Positions 21,187 to 32,405 of a stretch of 64,000 nt of DNA are shown piece after piece. The notes under the pieces are model-generated. The model was not told where the DNA came from. It did no database searches and saw only the letters and a list, made by a program, of their open reading frames with translations. A program made the position numbers and the translations under genes. This stretch comes from Emcibacteraceae bacterium (GTDB taxonomy: Bacteria > Pseudomonadota > Alphaproteobacteria > Sphingomonadales > Emcibacteraceae), in contig CAJQRG010000006.1 of NCBI GenBank assembly GCA_905612225.1, positions 1,483 to 65,482 on the forward strand, written 5' to 3'. Numbering within the stretch: position 1 is the first letter of the stretch; the number at the start of each line of letters is the position of its first letter.

Positions 21187-22546
21187 TATTTTGGTTGTTG
21201 ATGATGAAGCTGATATCAGGGATCTTATTTCCGGAATTTTAAATGACGAAGGTTATGATACCCGAGTTGCTGGAGATAGTGATAGTGCGCTTGCAGAGAT
21301 TGACGCACGACGCCCATCACTTTTAATCCTTGATATTTGGCTTAAAGGTAGCAAACTTGATGGGCTAGAAATTCTTGCTGAAGTAAAGAAAAAACATAAC
21401 AATTTACCAGTAATTATTATTAGTGGGCATGGGAATATTGAAACGGCAGTGGCCGCCATTAAAAAAGGTGCTTATGATTATATTAGTAAGCCATTTGAAA
21501 CAGAAAAACTTCTCATTCTGGTGGAGAGGGCGACAGAGGTTAATCGCTTGCGAAGGGAAAATAGTGAATTAAAAGAAAAGGTAGGGCATGGGTCTGAACT
21601 TACTGGAACATCATCAGCCATCAGTTTGATCCGTAATACTATCAGTAAAGTAGCTCCAAGCGGAAGCCGAGTACTTATTTCAGGCGCGTCTGGTACAGGT
21701 AAAGAGCTTGTAGCAAGGCTTATTCACCGCGAATCAAAACGGGCTAATGGAGCCTTTATAGTTGTTAATGCAGCGAGCATGTCTCCAGACAATATGGAAA
21801 GAGAACTTTTTGGGGTTGAAGAAGACGGTGTTGTCGTAAAAACTGGCGTATTTGAGAAGGCACACGGTGGAACTTTGTTTTTTGATGAAGTGGCTGACAT
21901 GCCACAAACAACACAAGCTAAAATATTGCGCATCTTAACTGATCAAACATTTGAGAGAGTTGATGGCGATTTAAAGGTTCAGGTCAATGTCCGGGTGGTT
22001 AGCGCTACGAGTAGAAATTTACGAGAAGAAATAGATGCAGGTAAATTTCGTGAAGATCTGTATCATCGGCTGAATGTAGTGCCAGTACGCGTACCATCAC
22101 TTACTCAGCGTAGGGAGGATATACCCGTTTTGATTAGGCAAATGATGATTAGTTTTACAAATGCGACAGGATGTTCACCAATGGATATTAATGAGGCGTC
22201 TTTATCCGCTCTGCAAGCACACGATTGGCCCGGCAACGTAAGGCAACTTAGGAATACTGTCGAAAGAATTATGATTTTATCCGGAGAAGAAGACATTATA
22301 GCTGTTGATATGCTGCCCGTTGAGGTTATGGCAGATAGTAAGATAATCCGACCAAATTCAAATACAGAAATTATGACCTTAACGCTTCGTGAGGCGAGGG
22401 AGACTTTTGAGAGGGAATACCTTAACGTACAGATCCAACGTTTTCAGGGGAATATTTCTAAAACGGCTGAATTTGTTGGAATGGAGCGCTCTGCACTTCA
22501 CCGTAAGCTCAAAGGCTTAAAAATTAATAGTCCAGAAAAAAGATAA
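21176..22546 (+). CDS. ntrX: Response regulator NtrX
   Basis: LDIWL receiver, AAA+ lacking GAFTGA (MERELFGVEEDG), GMERSALHRKLK HTH. Confidence 0.95.
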   Translation: MALDILVVDDEADIRDLISGILNDEGYDTRVAGDSDSALAEIDARRPSLLILDIWLKGSKLDGLEILAEVKKKHNNLPVIIISGHGNIETAVAAIKKGAYDYISKPFETEKLLILVERATEVNRLRRENSELKEKVGHGSELTGTSSAISLIRNTISKVAPSGSRVLISGASGTGKELVARLIHRESKRANGAFIVVNAASMSPDNMERELFGVEEDGVVVKTGVFEKAHGGTLFFDEVADMPQTTQAKILRILTDQTFERVDGDLKVQVNVRVVSATSRNLREEIDAGKFREDLYHRLNVVPVRVPSLTQRREDIPVLIRQMMISFTNATGCSPMDINEASLSALQAHDWPGNVRQLRNTVERIMILSGEEDIIAVDMLPVEVMADSKIIRPNSNTEIMTLTLREARETFEREYLNVQIQRFQGNISKTAEFVGMERSALHRKLKGLKINSPEKR

Positions 22547-22581
22547 ATAATTAATAATAATGATGATGAGGGAATTTATAA

Positions 22582-23958
22582 ATGAAAGTTATCATTTGCG
22601 GTGCGGGACAGGTTGGTTTTAACATAGCCCGTCATTTAGCCCATGAGAAAAATGATGTGACAGTTATTGATCGCTCAGAAGAGCTTATTAATAAAGTTCG
22701 AAATTCGCTTGATGTCCATGCGCTAGTTGGCTACGCCTCTTATCCAGACTTACTTGAAGCTGCTGGTGCTGAGGATGCGGATATGATTATCGCAGTAACT
22801 CTCTTTGATGAGGTGAATATTGTTGCTTGTCAGGTTGCACATTCACTTTTTAATGTACCAACAAAAATTGCCCGTATTAGAGCACAAAATTATCTTAATC
22901 CACAATGGAAGGCACTTTTTAGTCGTGATCATATGCCGATAGATGTTATTATTTCTCCTGAAATAGAGGTTGCCAAGGCAGCAATCAACAGACTTGAGGT
23001 CCCCGGTGCAACAGACATGATCCGTTTTGCAGATGACCGTGTATGGCTTGTGGGGATAAAACTAGAAGATGATTGTCCAGTGGTTGATACTCCACTGCGT
23101 CAATTAACTGAATTGTTCCCCGACTTAAATATTGTGGTTTGCGGTATTCTTCGAAATGGAAAACTAATAGTTCCTTCCGGAAATGATCATCTTCTTGTTG
23201 GTGATAATATATATATAACCTCTGAAAAATCACATGTTAACAGAGCTTTAGGTGTTTTTGGTCACGAAGAAGAAGAAGTTAAAAATGTTGCTATCGTCGG
23301 TGGTGGTAACGTAGGTCTTTTCCTCAGTGAACAACTAGTTAAAGCTGGTAATAAGTTTAATGTTAAAATTATAGAGCGCGATGAGTTACGTGCGGTCAAA
23401 GTAGCTGAACAATTATCTAAAGCTGTAGTTTTGCATGGTGATGCACTTGATATAGAAATTCTTAAAGAAGCAAATATACAGGGCACTGGGACGATTATTT
23501 CGGTGACGAATGATGATAAAGTAAATATTTTATCTGCACTGCTGGCCAAAGAAATGGGTTGTAAGAGGGCAATTACTCTCATTAATGATCATTCTTTTGG
23601 TGATCTGACAGGTTCGGTGGGAATTGATGCTTTTGTTGATCCGCGTCAAACTACTGTTTCTAGTATCTTGCAGCATATGAGGAGAGGAAGTATTAGCTCG
23701 CTTCAAAGTCTGGCTGGTGGTGAAGCAGAAGTTATTGAAGCTATTGCAGTTGATTCATCCCCTCTTGTAGGTAAGCCACTACGTGAAATTAAACTACCTA
23801 CTGGTATAATAGTAGGATCAGTAATTCAGGGTGATAATATTATTGTTCCAAATGGTGGAACTATTATTAGATCTGGTGATATAGTTATCGTTTTTACAGC
23901 GGCCGACATGGTTAAAAAGGTCGAAGAGCTATTTTCTGTTGGTCTAGAATACTTTTAA
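22582..23958 (+). CDS. trkA: Trk potassium uptake NAD-binding subunit
   Basis: MKVIICGAGQVG, second GGGNVG RCK domain, 458 aa. Confidence 0.95.
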   Translation: MKVIICGAGQVGFNIARHLAHEKNDVTVIDRSEELINKVRNSLDVHALVGYASYPDLLEAAGAEDADMIIAVTLFDEVNIVACQVAHSLFNVPTKIARIRAQNYLNPQWKALFSRDHMPIDVIISPEIEVAKAAINRLEVPGATDMIRFADDRVWLVGIKLEDDCPVVDTPLRQLTELFPDLNIVVCGILRNGKLIVPSGNDHLLVGDNIYITSEKSHVNRALGVFGHEEEEVKNVAIVGGGNVGLFLSEQLVKAGNKFNVKIIERDELRAVKVAEQLSKAVVLHGDALDIEILKEANIQGTGTIISVTNDDKVNILSALLAKEMGCKRAITLINDHSFGDLTGSVGIDAFVDPRQTTVSSILQHMRRGSISSLQSLAGGEAEVIEAIAVDSSPLVGKPLREIKLPTGIIVGSVIQGDNIIVPNGGTIIRSGDIVIVFTAADMVKKVEELFSVGLEYF

Positions 23959-23997
23959 GACAGGCGAAATGAATAATAAAATTAAGTTGAATTAAAA

Positions 23998-25458
23998 ATG
24001 ATAACAAAAATCGGACATATCATTGGATATATTCTAATTTTTTTAGGAATTAGTGAACTTATACCTCTACTAGCCTCGCTGGTTTTTGCGGAATATCATT
24101 TGATTCTGCCATTTTTAATTTGTTCGCTTCTGACTATCTTTATAGGGTTAGGCTTTTACTTTGCCTTTCCGGATACACTGGAAAAACCAGATCGTTATGA
24201 CATAATTTCATTTTTAGTTATTTCTTGGGTACTTATTCCTATATTTGGTTCAATTCCATTTATGGTTTCTGGTGAGTTAACAAAATTTACAGATGCATAT
24301 TTTGAAGCAACCTCTGCATTTACTACCTCAGGTTCAACCTTACTCGCCAACTCATCCCTGGCTCCAAAAACATTACTATTCTGGCGAGCATTGCTTCAGT
24401 GGCAGGGGGGGATTTATATATTTGTGCTTGCTGTTTCTATAGTCCCCTTAAGTGCTATTGGAGGCTCTGAACTATACAGGGGAGTATTGCCTCATGGTGA
24501 GTATGAAGGATTTTTGTCGAGGATTAAGGCAGCTTTTAAACCGCTATCTATAATTTATGTTAGCCTCACATTATTATGCTTGCTTCTACTCCAGCTAAGT
24601 GGCTTAAGCTTTTTCGATTCTATGGTCACTTCGATGGCAAGTCTCTCTAGTGGTGGTTTTACGAATCATTCTAATTTTGGTGTAAATAGCTTTAATAATA
24701 TAAGTGAATTTATTTTAGTTCCTTTTATGCTTATTGGTGCGACAAACCTGACCTACCATTGGTTATTCCTTGCGGGAGGAAAATTTAAAGTTTATCAAAA
24801 TGATAGGGAGGTGAAATACTTAATACTTCTAGTTCTTATTGGCTCGTTGATTATTTTTGGAATAATTAATGGGTCACCGGGTATGGAAAATGCGTCTATA
24901 TTTAAAAGATTAGGTATTTCGATTTTTACGGCAGCTTCCGCTATGAGCACTACAGGGTTTTTACCTGATGGTGCTAGCTCAATGCCCTTAGGCGTAGTTA
25001 TTGTATGTGTGATACTTTTGTGTTTTGGCGGGTCTATGTGTTCAAGTGCAGGGGGATTTAAAATTATTCGCTTCAGGATTTTATTTAGGCAAGCTGTTAA
25101 TGAAATTAGTCGACTTGCTTATCCTCACGGCGTTGTGCCTATGCGAGTAAATGATGTGAGTGTAAGCAGTTCTGTCTTAATCAGTATATGGACATTATTA
25201 TTTTTATATTTATCTTCCATAGGCCTATTCTCAATTTTATACGGTATGCTTGGTTATAATATGGAGGTTAGCATTGGGCTTACCTTTGCTAACCTATTTA
25301 GTGCTGGGTCTATGACCGGCCTTATAGCGCAGGACTTTCTTGGCTATGGGGGCATGAGTTATTCTGCTAAATGGCTAACTACAGGCATTATGATACTTGG
25401 TCGACTTGAAATTATTGCGCTATTAATATTTTTGTCACCATCTTTTAGAAAAAATTAA
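23998..25458 (+). CDS. trkH: Trk potassium uptake membrane subunit
   Basis: FEATSAFTTSG, LQWQGG, SAGGFKIIR, MILGRLEI; follows trkA. Confidence 0.88.
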   Translation: MITKIGHIIGYILIFLGISELIPLLASLVFAEYHLILPFLICSLLTIFIGLGFYFAFPDTLEKPDRYDIISFLVISWVLIPIFGSIPFMVSGELTKFTDAYFEATSAFTTSGSTLLANSSLAPKTLLFWRALLQWQGGIYIFVLAVSIVPLSAIGGSELYRGVLPHGEYEGFLSRIKAAFKPLSIIYVSLTLLCLLLLQLSGLSFFDSMVTSMASLSSGGFTNHSNFGVNSFNNISEFILVPFMLIGATNLTYHWLFLAGGKFKVYQNDREVKYLILLVLIGSLIIFGIINGSPGMENASIFKRLGISIFTAASAMSTTGFLPDGASSMPLGVVIVCVILLCFGGSMCSSAGGFKIIRFRILFRQAVNEISRLAYPHGVVPMRVNDVSVSSSVLISIWTLLFLYLSSIGLFSILYGMLGYNMEVSIGLTFANLFSAGSMTGLIAQDFLGYGGMSYSAKWLTTGIMILGRLEIIALLIFLSPSFRKN

Positions 25459-25600
25459 ATTCTATTGTAGCTTGTGGTTTAATTAACCTTCGATGTTTAT
25501 TACTTATGTCCACTATGATATATGCGGTAGAAATTAATTTATACGGTGTTCAGTTTTATACTACTTAATGCTGAATACCTTATAAAACATGGAATAAAAA

Positions 25601-25855
25601 ATGTCTGAAAAAATTTATAATCTACAAGATACCTTTCTTAATCAGGTACGGAAAAATAAAATACCTATTACAGTTTTTTTAATTAATGGTGTAAAATTAC
25701 AAGGTATCATCACCTGGTTCGACAATTTTTGTATATTGCTGCGGCGTGATGCTAATGTGCAGCTAGTCTATAAGCATGCAGTATCCACAATCATGCCGGG
25801 TGAAGAAATTAGTTTATTTGATACAGATGAAGATGAAAATACTGAAGAGGATTAA
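25601..25855 (+). CDS. hfq: RNA chaperone Hfq
   Basis: [29 protein letters not shown]. Confidence 0.97.
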   Translation: MSEKIYNLQDTFLNQVRKNKIPITVFLINGVKLQGIITWFDNFCILLRRDANVQLVYKHAVSTIMPGEEISLFDTDEDENTEED

Positions 25856-25867
25856 TATTACTTAAAC

Positions 25868-27271
25868 ATGGCGGAACAATATTTAAAGAAGTCCCTAGAA
25901 TTACGAAAAAAAAGATTTAGCAGTGTATGGAATGATACTGATGGGGATGATGAGCATGCAGCATATACAACAGGCGCACGCGCCTTTGTGTTTCATCCCA
26001 ACATTTCTCACAATACACATACTCCGAGCTACTACAGAAGCCCAGAAGATCGTTTAGCTGAAGCAGTTTCCCTTTCTGCGGCACTTGAGCTTAATATCAT
26101 TATGGCTGAAGTTATATCTCTTGGTAAAGTTCGTCCATCTACATACCTTGGTAAAGGAAAGGTGGAAGAACTTGCAGGCTATATTCATGATCATGATATT
26201 GAACTTGTAGTCGCAGATTGTGAACTCAGTCCAGGCCAACAAAGAAATCTTGAACGTGACCTTAAGGCAAAGGTTATCGACCGAACAGGTCTGATTTTAG
26301 AAATTTTTGGAGAACGTGCCCAAACTAAAGAAGGTGTAATGCAGGTAGAGCTTGCGCATCTTAGCTATCAAAAAAGTCGGCTTGTCCGATCTTGGACACA
26401 TTTAGAACGTCAACGTGGTGGTTTTGGTTTTCTAGGCGGTCCTGGTGAAAGTCAAATTGAGAGTGATCGTCGTCAAATAGATGAACGCATAGTTAAAATT
26501 AAAAAGCAGCTTGCATCAGTCATACGGACCCGTGAACTTCACCGGGTTAATCGTCGAAAGGTAGGGTTACCAGTTATAGCCATGGTTGGGTATACAAATG
26601 CAGGAAAGTCCACTCTTTTTAACAGCCTTACCCATGCAAATGTTATGGCGGAGGACTTATTATTTGCTACACTTGATCCAACTATGCGTAATGTGGTGAT
26701 GCCCAACGGCAATAAAGCAATATTTTCGGACACGGTTGGCTTTATTTCCGACCTTCCCACCCATTTGATTGCCTCATTCAGAGCTACTCTAGAAGAGGTA
26801 ACTGAGGCAGACATTATTTTACATATTCGTGATATATCACATCCAGAAACAGAGGCACAAAAAAAAGACGTAGAAGGTATTTTAAAAACGCTTGATGTAT
26901 TTGACTGTGAAAATCATAATATTTTTGAAGTTTGGAATAAAATTGATCGACTTGATGAATCGCAATTTGAAGCTGCAAAAGCTGCAGCTTCTCGTCAGGA
27001 GAAAGTAGCATTTGTTTCTGCAGTTTCAGGGGATGGATGCGCAGCACTTCTAGAAAAAGTTGACCAAGCCTTGGCAAAGAATAAAAAAGTATTCACCTTA
27101 AGTTTTAACCATGCAGAAGGAGCTGATAAAGCACTTTTATATAAGTATGGCGAGGTGCTTTCACATTCGGATAATGAAGAAGGTTCTACTGTCACCGTGC
27201 GCCTTGATAAGGCTTCAATCGGGAAACTTTCTAAAATAGGAAAATTTAATAAATTAAAGTCATTTTTATGA
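25868..27271 (+). CDS. hflX: GTPase HflX
   Basis: GPGESQIESDRR, GYTNAGKSTL, LFATLDPT, DTVGFI, NKID. Confidence 0.97.
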   Translation: MAEQYLKKSLELRKKRFSSVWNDTDGDDEHAAYTTGARAFVFHPNISHNTHTPSYYRSPEDRLAEAVSLSAALELNIIMAEVISLGKVRPSTYLGKGKVEELAGYIHDHDIELVVADCELSPGQQRNLERDLKAKVIDRTGLILEIFGERAQTKEGVMQVELAHLSYQKSRLVRSWTHLERQRGGFGFLGGPGESQIESDRRQIDERIVKIKKQLASVIRTRELHRVNRRKVGLPVIAMVGYTNAGKSTLFNSLTHANVMAEDLLFATLDPTMRNVVMPNGNKAIFSDTVGFISDLPTHLIASFRATLEEVTEADIILHIRDISHPETEAQKKDVEGILKTLDVFDCENHNIFEVWNKIDRLDESQFEAAKAAASRQEKVAFVSAVSGDGCAALLEKVDQALAKNKKVFTLSFNHAEGADKALLYKYGEVLSHSDNEEGSTVTVRLDKASIGKLSKIGKFNKLKSFL

Positions 27272-27282
27272 TAAATCGTGGG

Positions 27283-28071
27283 CTACGACTGCTCTTCTTT
27301 CTTTACCTCATCCCATAGTTTTTCAAGCTCTTTAAGGGTAAGTTCAGACATAATTTTACCTTTATTATTAGAGGTTTGTTCAACTTTATTAAAGCGATTA
27401 ATGAACTTACTATTGGCCGCGCGAAGGGCTTCTTCTGGATCGATTTTAAGATGCCTTGCCAGATTGGCATAAACAAACATCATATCACCAAACTCTTCTT
27501 TTATTTTAGTTTGATTAACTTTATTTTTTACAAGTTCTTCTGATAGTTCAAGCATTTCCTCGTTAAGTTTATCTATTACTTGTGAAGTTTTTGGCCAGTC
27601 AAATCCAACGCGTGCTGCGCGTTTCTGAATTTTAATAGCACGGGTGAAAGCTGGGAGCCCTTTGGTGATACCATCTAAAATACCATTTTGTTTTTTTGCA
27701 GCACGTTCCGTTTCTTTCTGCACTTCCCATGCAATTTCTTGTTCATCAGAGGATCGTATACTTTCATCTGCAAAAACATGAGGATGACGACGTAACATTT
27801 TGTCAGAAATTGCATCTACTACATGTGAAAAATTGAAGTGCCCTGCCTCTTCTGCTATTTGAGAATGAAAAATTACCTGAAATAGTAAATCGCCAAGTTC
27901 ATCTCTAAGTCCTTCCATGTTATCTTGTTCTATTGCTTCAGCTACCTCGTAGGCTTCTTCGATGGTATGGGGGGCTATAGTTTCAAAGGTTTGCTCTACA
28001 TCCCAAGCGCAGCCATCCTTTGGGTCACGAAGAGTTTTCATAATTTTTAGAAGAATTTTAATATTGTCCAT
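27283..28071 (-). CDS. mazG: Nucleoside triphosphate pyrophosphohydrolase
   Basis: LRDPKDGCAWD, IEEAYEV, ELGDLLFQV, RRHPHVF, VGFDW. Confidence 0.95.
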   Translation of the reverse strand: MDNIKILLKIMKTLRDPKDGCAWDVEQTFETIAPHTIEEAYEVAEAIEQDNMEGLRDELGDLLFQVIFHSQIAEEAGHFNFSHVVDAISDKMLRRHPHVFADESIRSSDEQEIAWEVQKETERAAKKQNGILDGITKGLPAFTRAIKIQKRAARVGFDWPKTSQVIDKLNEEMLELSEELVKNKVNQTKIKEEFGDMMFVYANLARHLKIDPEEALRAANSKFINRFNKVEQTSNNKGKIMSELTLKELEKLWDEVKKEEQS

Positions 28072-28311
28072 AATGCTTAACTTTTTTAACTTTAGTGTAT
28101 TGCGTTATACCGATTGAATATTTTTTTGTAAGTCTTTACTAATTTTTATTTAAATACTTTAAAATGTAATGATTAATATTTCAAGTTAACGAACATGAAA
28201 AATAAATTCTTATTGAAACAATATTCTAATGTTGCTCATTTAACCTAGAAAAGGTATTAACTTCCTAAATTTATTGTGCGTGGGTAATAATGAAAAAATT
28301 AGGAACTACAA

Positions 28312-28605
28312 ATGGGTGATCCAAAACAGTACTGGAAAGAAAACGTAGGGCTAGTAGTGAAGCTGCTCTCTATTTGGTTTATCGTTTCCTTTGGTATGGG
28401 TATACTTTTTATTGATTATCTTAACGAATTTCAATTTTTCGGTTTTCCGTTCGGGTTCTGGATGGCACAGCAGGGTTCTATTTATGTGTTTGTAGCATTA
28501 ATCTTCTTTTACGTAGTTAAAATGAATGTACTTGATAAAAAATTCGGTGTTCAAGAGAACGATGACGATATTTCAGTTAACTCCGTAAAGAAGGATAAGC
28601 GTTAG
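28312..28605 (+). CDS. Solute:sodium symporter small subunit (DUF4212)
   Basis: YWKEN, GFPFGFWMAQQGSI; directly upstream of an SSS gene. Confidence 0.9.
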   Translation: MGDPKQYWKENVGLVVKLLSIWFIVSFGMGILFIDYLNEFQFFGFPFGFWMAQQGSIYVFVALIFFYVVKMNVLDKKFGVQENDDDISVNSVKKDKR

Positions 28606-28606
28606 T

Positions 28607-30358
28607 ATGGACATCCAAACGCTCACCTATGTTTTTGTATCGATATCCTTTGCACTTTATATTGGTATTGCCATTTGGGCCAGAGCTGGCACCACGGACG
28701 ATTTTTATGTTGCCGGGCATCAGGTACATCCACTTGCAAACGGTATGGCGACTGCGGCGGACTGGATGAGCGCCGCAAGTTTTATTTCCATGGCTGGTCT
28801 TATATCATTTATGGGTAGTGATGGGGCAATGTACTTGATGGGATGGACTGGGGGTTATGTGCTCCTTGCGCTTCTACTAGCACCGTACTTGAGAAAATTT
28901 GGCCAGTTTACTGTGCCAGACTTTGTTGGAGAACGGTATTATTCAAATACTGCGCGCACAGTTGCTATAATCTGTGCACTTTTTGTTTCATTTACTTATG
29001 TAGCGGGTCAGATGCGGGGTGTTGGCATTGTTTTTTCACGCTTCCTTGAAGTAGATATTACTTTGGGTGTGCTGATCGGAATGGCAATTGTTTTTTTCTA
29101 TGCTGTGCTTGGAGGAATGAAGGGAATTACTTATACTCAGGTTGCGCAGTACTGTGTTCTGATTTTTGCCTTCATGGTGCCAGCAATTTTTATTTCAATA
29201 TTGATGACAGGGAACCCTATCCCACAACTTGGTTTTGGTTCAGAGCTCATAGCAGACCAAGGTGTCTATCTTCTTGATAAACTAGATGGCTTATCGACGG
29301 AGTTAGGTTTTGGTAAATACACCTCAGGTAACAAGTCGACCTTCGATATGATCTGTATCGTTGCTGCACTTATGGTTGGAACGGCTGGACTTCCCCATGT
29401 AATTGTACGTTTTTTTACTGTGCCTAAAGTGCGCGATGCACGCCTCTCTGCAGGATATGCTCTGATTCTTATCGCAATTTTATACACCACCGCACCTGCA
29501 GTGGCATCCTTTGCGAGGTTAAATTTGATTAATACAGTCTCTGAAGCTAATTATTCCGCTACCCCTGAATGGTTTAAAAATTGGGAGGCTATAGACTTGA
29601 TAGCTTGGCGTGATAAAAATAATGATGGTAAAATTCAATATGTAGCTGGAGATGCTTTTAAAGGGAAACCAATTTTTACATCAGGCAATGGCCCCAGCGG
29701 TGAGCGACTGCTATTGAATGTTGATGGAGGGAGTGTAAATGAGCTTTATATTGATCAGGACATTATGGTTCTTGCAAATCCTGAAATTGCTCAATTGCCC
29801 AACTGGGTAGTTGCTCTTGTTGTTGCTGGTGGCCTTGCTGCTGCTTTGTCTACAGCTGCAGGCCTACTGCTGGTCATATCAACGTCGATTGCCCACGACC
29901 TCTTCAAGAAAATGCTACTCCCAAGTATCACAGATAAACAGGAACTTCTGTTTGCTCGAATAGCCGTTGGAGTTGCTGTACTTATAGCTGGATATTTTGG
30001 TATTAACCCACCAGGTTTTGTGGCGCAGGTTGTTGCCTTTGCATTTGGCCTCGCAGCTAGTACATTTTTCCCAGTTATATTCATGGGTATTTTTTATAAA
30101 CGTATGAACAAAGAGGGTGCAATAGCCGGAATGATAAGCGGATTAGTTTTTACCGCCTCGTATATTATCTATTTCAAATTTATTGATCCTTCTGCAAACA
30201 ACGAAAATCATTGGTGGTTTGGGGTTTCGCCTGAAGGATCTGGAACTCTTGGTATGACATTAAATTTTATGGTTGCATTCACCGTAAGTAGTTTAACAGC
30301 TGCTCCACCAAAAAATGTACAAGATCTGGTAGAACGGATAAGGGTACCCCGCGGATAA
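28607..30358 (+). CDS. Sodium:solute symporter (ActP-like monocarboxylate family)
   Basis: NGMATAADWMSAASFISMAG, GTAGLPHVIVRFFTVP, AAALSTAAGLLL. Confidence 0.9.
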   Translation: MDIQTLTYVFVSISFALYIGIAIWARAGTTDDFYVAGHQVHPLANGMATAADWMSAASFISMAGLISFMGSDGAMYLMGWTGGYVLLALLLAPYLRKFGQFTVPDFVGERYYSNTARTVAIICALFVSFTYVAGQMRGVGIVFSRFLEVDITLGVLIGMAIVFFYAVLGGMKGITYTQVAQYCVLIFAFMVPAIFISILMTGNPIPQLGFGSELIADQGVYLLDKLDGLSTELGFGKYTSGNKSTFDMICIVAALMVGTAGLPHVIVRFFTVPKVRDARLSAGYALILIAILYTTAPAVASFARLNLINTVSEANYSATPEWFKNWEAIDLIAWRDKNNDGKIQYVAGDAFKGKPIFTSGNGPSGERLLLNVDGGSVNELYIDQDIMVLANPEIAQLPNWVVALVVAGGLAAALSTAAGLLLVISTSIAHDLFKKMLLPSITDKQELLFARIAVGVAVLIAGYFGINPPGFVAQVVAFAFGLAASTFFPVIFMGIFYKRMNKEGAIAGMISGLVFTASYIIYFKFIDPSANNENHWWFGVSPEGSGTLGMTLNFMVAFTVSSLTAAPPKNVQDLVERIRVPRG

Positions 30359-30369
30359 ATGAGCATACG

Positions 30370-30870
30370 ATGACTGAAATTATTATTCGTCCCTCTAAAC
30401 ATGGCGATATCTCTACTATACATGATATATATGAATATGAAGTGCTTTGTGGTTCTGCAACATTTGATGAGAACCCGCCATCTAAAAAAGATATTCTTAA
30501 AAAACGTACCGCTATTCTAAAGCGAGGTTATCCTTACCTTGTTGCAGAAGTTGACGGTAAGGTGGTGGCTTATAGTTATGTATCTGTATACAGGGAGCGC
30601 TCTGCTTATAATAAAACAGTAGAAAACTCTATTTATGTTATACCGGATAGTCGAATTTCTGGACTAGGGACTAAATTAATGGAGGCAGTTATTGAGGAAT
30701 GTAAAAAAATTGGTCTTAAAAACATTATCGCAGTAATTGGTGATAGTGATAATATGGCTTCAATTAATCTTCATAAAAAGCTTGGTTTTCGCAAAGTTGG
30801 AATTTTACGTGAGGTAGGTTTTAAGTTTGGACGTTGGATTGATGTTGTCCTTATGCAATTATCTTTTTAG
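30370..30870 (+). CDS. GNAT N-acetyltransferase (phosphinothricin/methionine sulfoximine type)
   Basis: ATFDENPP, YRERSAY, VENSIYV, SINLHKKLGF, VGFKFGRWID. Confidence 0.9.
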   Translation: MTEIIIRPSKHGDISTIHDIYEYEVLCGSATFDENPPSKKDILKKRTAILKRGYPYLVAEVDGKVVAYSYVSVYRERSAYNKTVENSIYVIPDSRISGLGTKLMEAVIEECKKIGLKNIIAVIGDSDNMASINLHKKLGFRKVGILREVGFKFGRWIDVVLMQLSF

Positions 30871-31124
30871 AGTTTTTTATTTTTTTGGTTTTTTTTATAA
30901 ATATCTTAAAAATATCAATGACTACCGGCGTAATAATTACACAAACTATCATTTCAATGATTAATATTTAAACTATACTTAATGACATTGATAATTCCAT
31001 TTGATGGTCATCTGCATAAATGACATGATTCAATTACTAAAGTTTAAAATTAACACCCTTGCCAAGATATTAGATATCCCTTAAAAATTTATATGTAGAA
31101 ATAATATTTTTTTGGAATGGTTAC

Positions 31125-32405
31125 ATGAATAGTAGAAGAAATTTTTTGAAACTATCTACTCTGTTTGGCGCAGGAGGCTTGGTCACTGCTTGTGGCCAAA
31201 ACTTTAAAGTTAAAACAGATGAATTAAAATCAGGAAAATTTGATCACTTACCCAACATGTTGGATGGGGTTACTGCAATAAGTTTAGAAGAACACAAGGT
31301 GCGCATAGCATTAGCTCAAGAGCTTATGACACAGACTGGTATTGAAGCTATATACCTAGAAGCAACTTCTAATCTTTGGTATTATACTGGTATGCATTGG
31401 GGACAAAGTGAACGTATGGCAGCGGCCATAATTCCAAGGAAAGGAGAAGTGGCTTATATCTGCCCAATGTTTGAAGTTGGAAGATTGCAGGAACGTATTA
31501 TTGTGGGCGAGACCGTCCGTGGTTGGGAAGAACACGAAAGCCCTTATGATTTAGTGGTCGCAATGCTTCATGATATGGGGATTGAAAAAGGCCAAATTGG
31601 AATTGGCGAAGAAACAAGATTTTTCCTTGTGGATGGAATTCGTAAAGCAGCGCCGCATTTAGTTCTAGTTAGCGCTGATCCGATTACTGCAGAATGCCGA
31701 ATTATAAAATCTTTAAGGGAGCTTGAGTTAATGCAGCAAGCTAGTGATATAACCATCGCTGCTTATAAGGAAACCGTTAAGCATATTGAGCTTGGGATGC
31801 GTGGATCTGACATTAGTGACCTTTCAAGGCAGGCACACGCTGCGTTGGGGGTGTCTGGTTCACTGGGGACGATGCTTGGCGTAGTTTCTTCATCGCCACA
31901 TGGTTCGATTATTGAACCGGTATTGAAAGAAGGCATGATAGTGTTGATGGATGGAGGGTGTAATGTCCATAATTATGCATCTGATATTAGTCGCACATTT
32001 GTATTTGGGCAACATACAGCTGAGCAGGAAGAGGTTTGGAACCTCGAAAAAGCCGCACAGGCGGCTGGTTTTGCTGCAGCACAGCTCGGAGCTCCGCAGG
32101 AAAATGTTGATATAGCGGCGCGTAAGGTAATAACTGATGCCGGATACGGTCCAGGTTATAAAACTCCTGGCCTTCCGCATAGAACTGGACACGGCATTGG
32201 TCTCGATATGCATGAATGGGGAAACGCGGTACTTGGCAACAAACGCCCTCTTGAGCCGGGGATGTGTTTTTCGATTGAGCCGACGGTTTCTATCCCTGGA
32301 AAATTTGGGGTGAGACTGGAAGATTGCTGCTACATGAGCCCAGAGGGGCCAGTATGGTTTACCAACCCATCAGTTGCTATTGATGATCCATTTGGTGATA
32401 ATTAA
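31125..32405 (+). CDS. Xaa-Pro peptidase (M24B), Tat lipoprotein
   Basis: SRRNFLK plus LVTAC lipobox; complete metal ligand set LMDGG, YASDISRT, GHGIGLDMHE, SIEP, RLED. Confidence 0.9.
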   Translation: MNSRRNFLKLSTLFGAGGLVTACGQNFKVKTDELKSGKFDHLPNMLDGVTAISLEEHKVRIALAQELMTQTGIEAIYLEATSNLWYYTGMHWGQSERMAAAIIPRKGEVAYICPMFEVGRLQERIIVGETVRGWEEHESPYDLVVAMLHDMGIEKGQIGIGEETRFFLVDGIRKAAPHLVLVSADPITAECRIIKSLRELELMQQASDITIAAYKETVKHIELGMRGSDISDLSRQAHAALGVSGSLGTMLGVVSSSPHGSIIEPVLKEGMIVLMDGGCNVHNYASDISRTFVFGQHTAEQEEVWNLEKAAQAAGFAAAQLGAPQENVDIAARKVITDAGYGPGYKTPGLPHRTGHGIGLDMHEWGNAVLGNKRPLEPGMCFSIEPTVSIPGKFGVRLEDCCYMSPEGPVWFTNPSVAIDDPFGDN

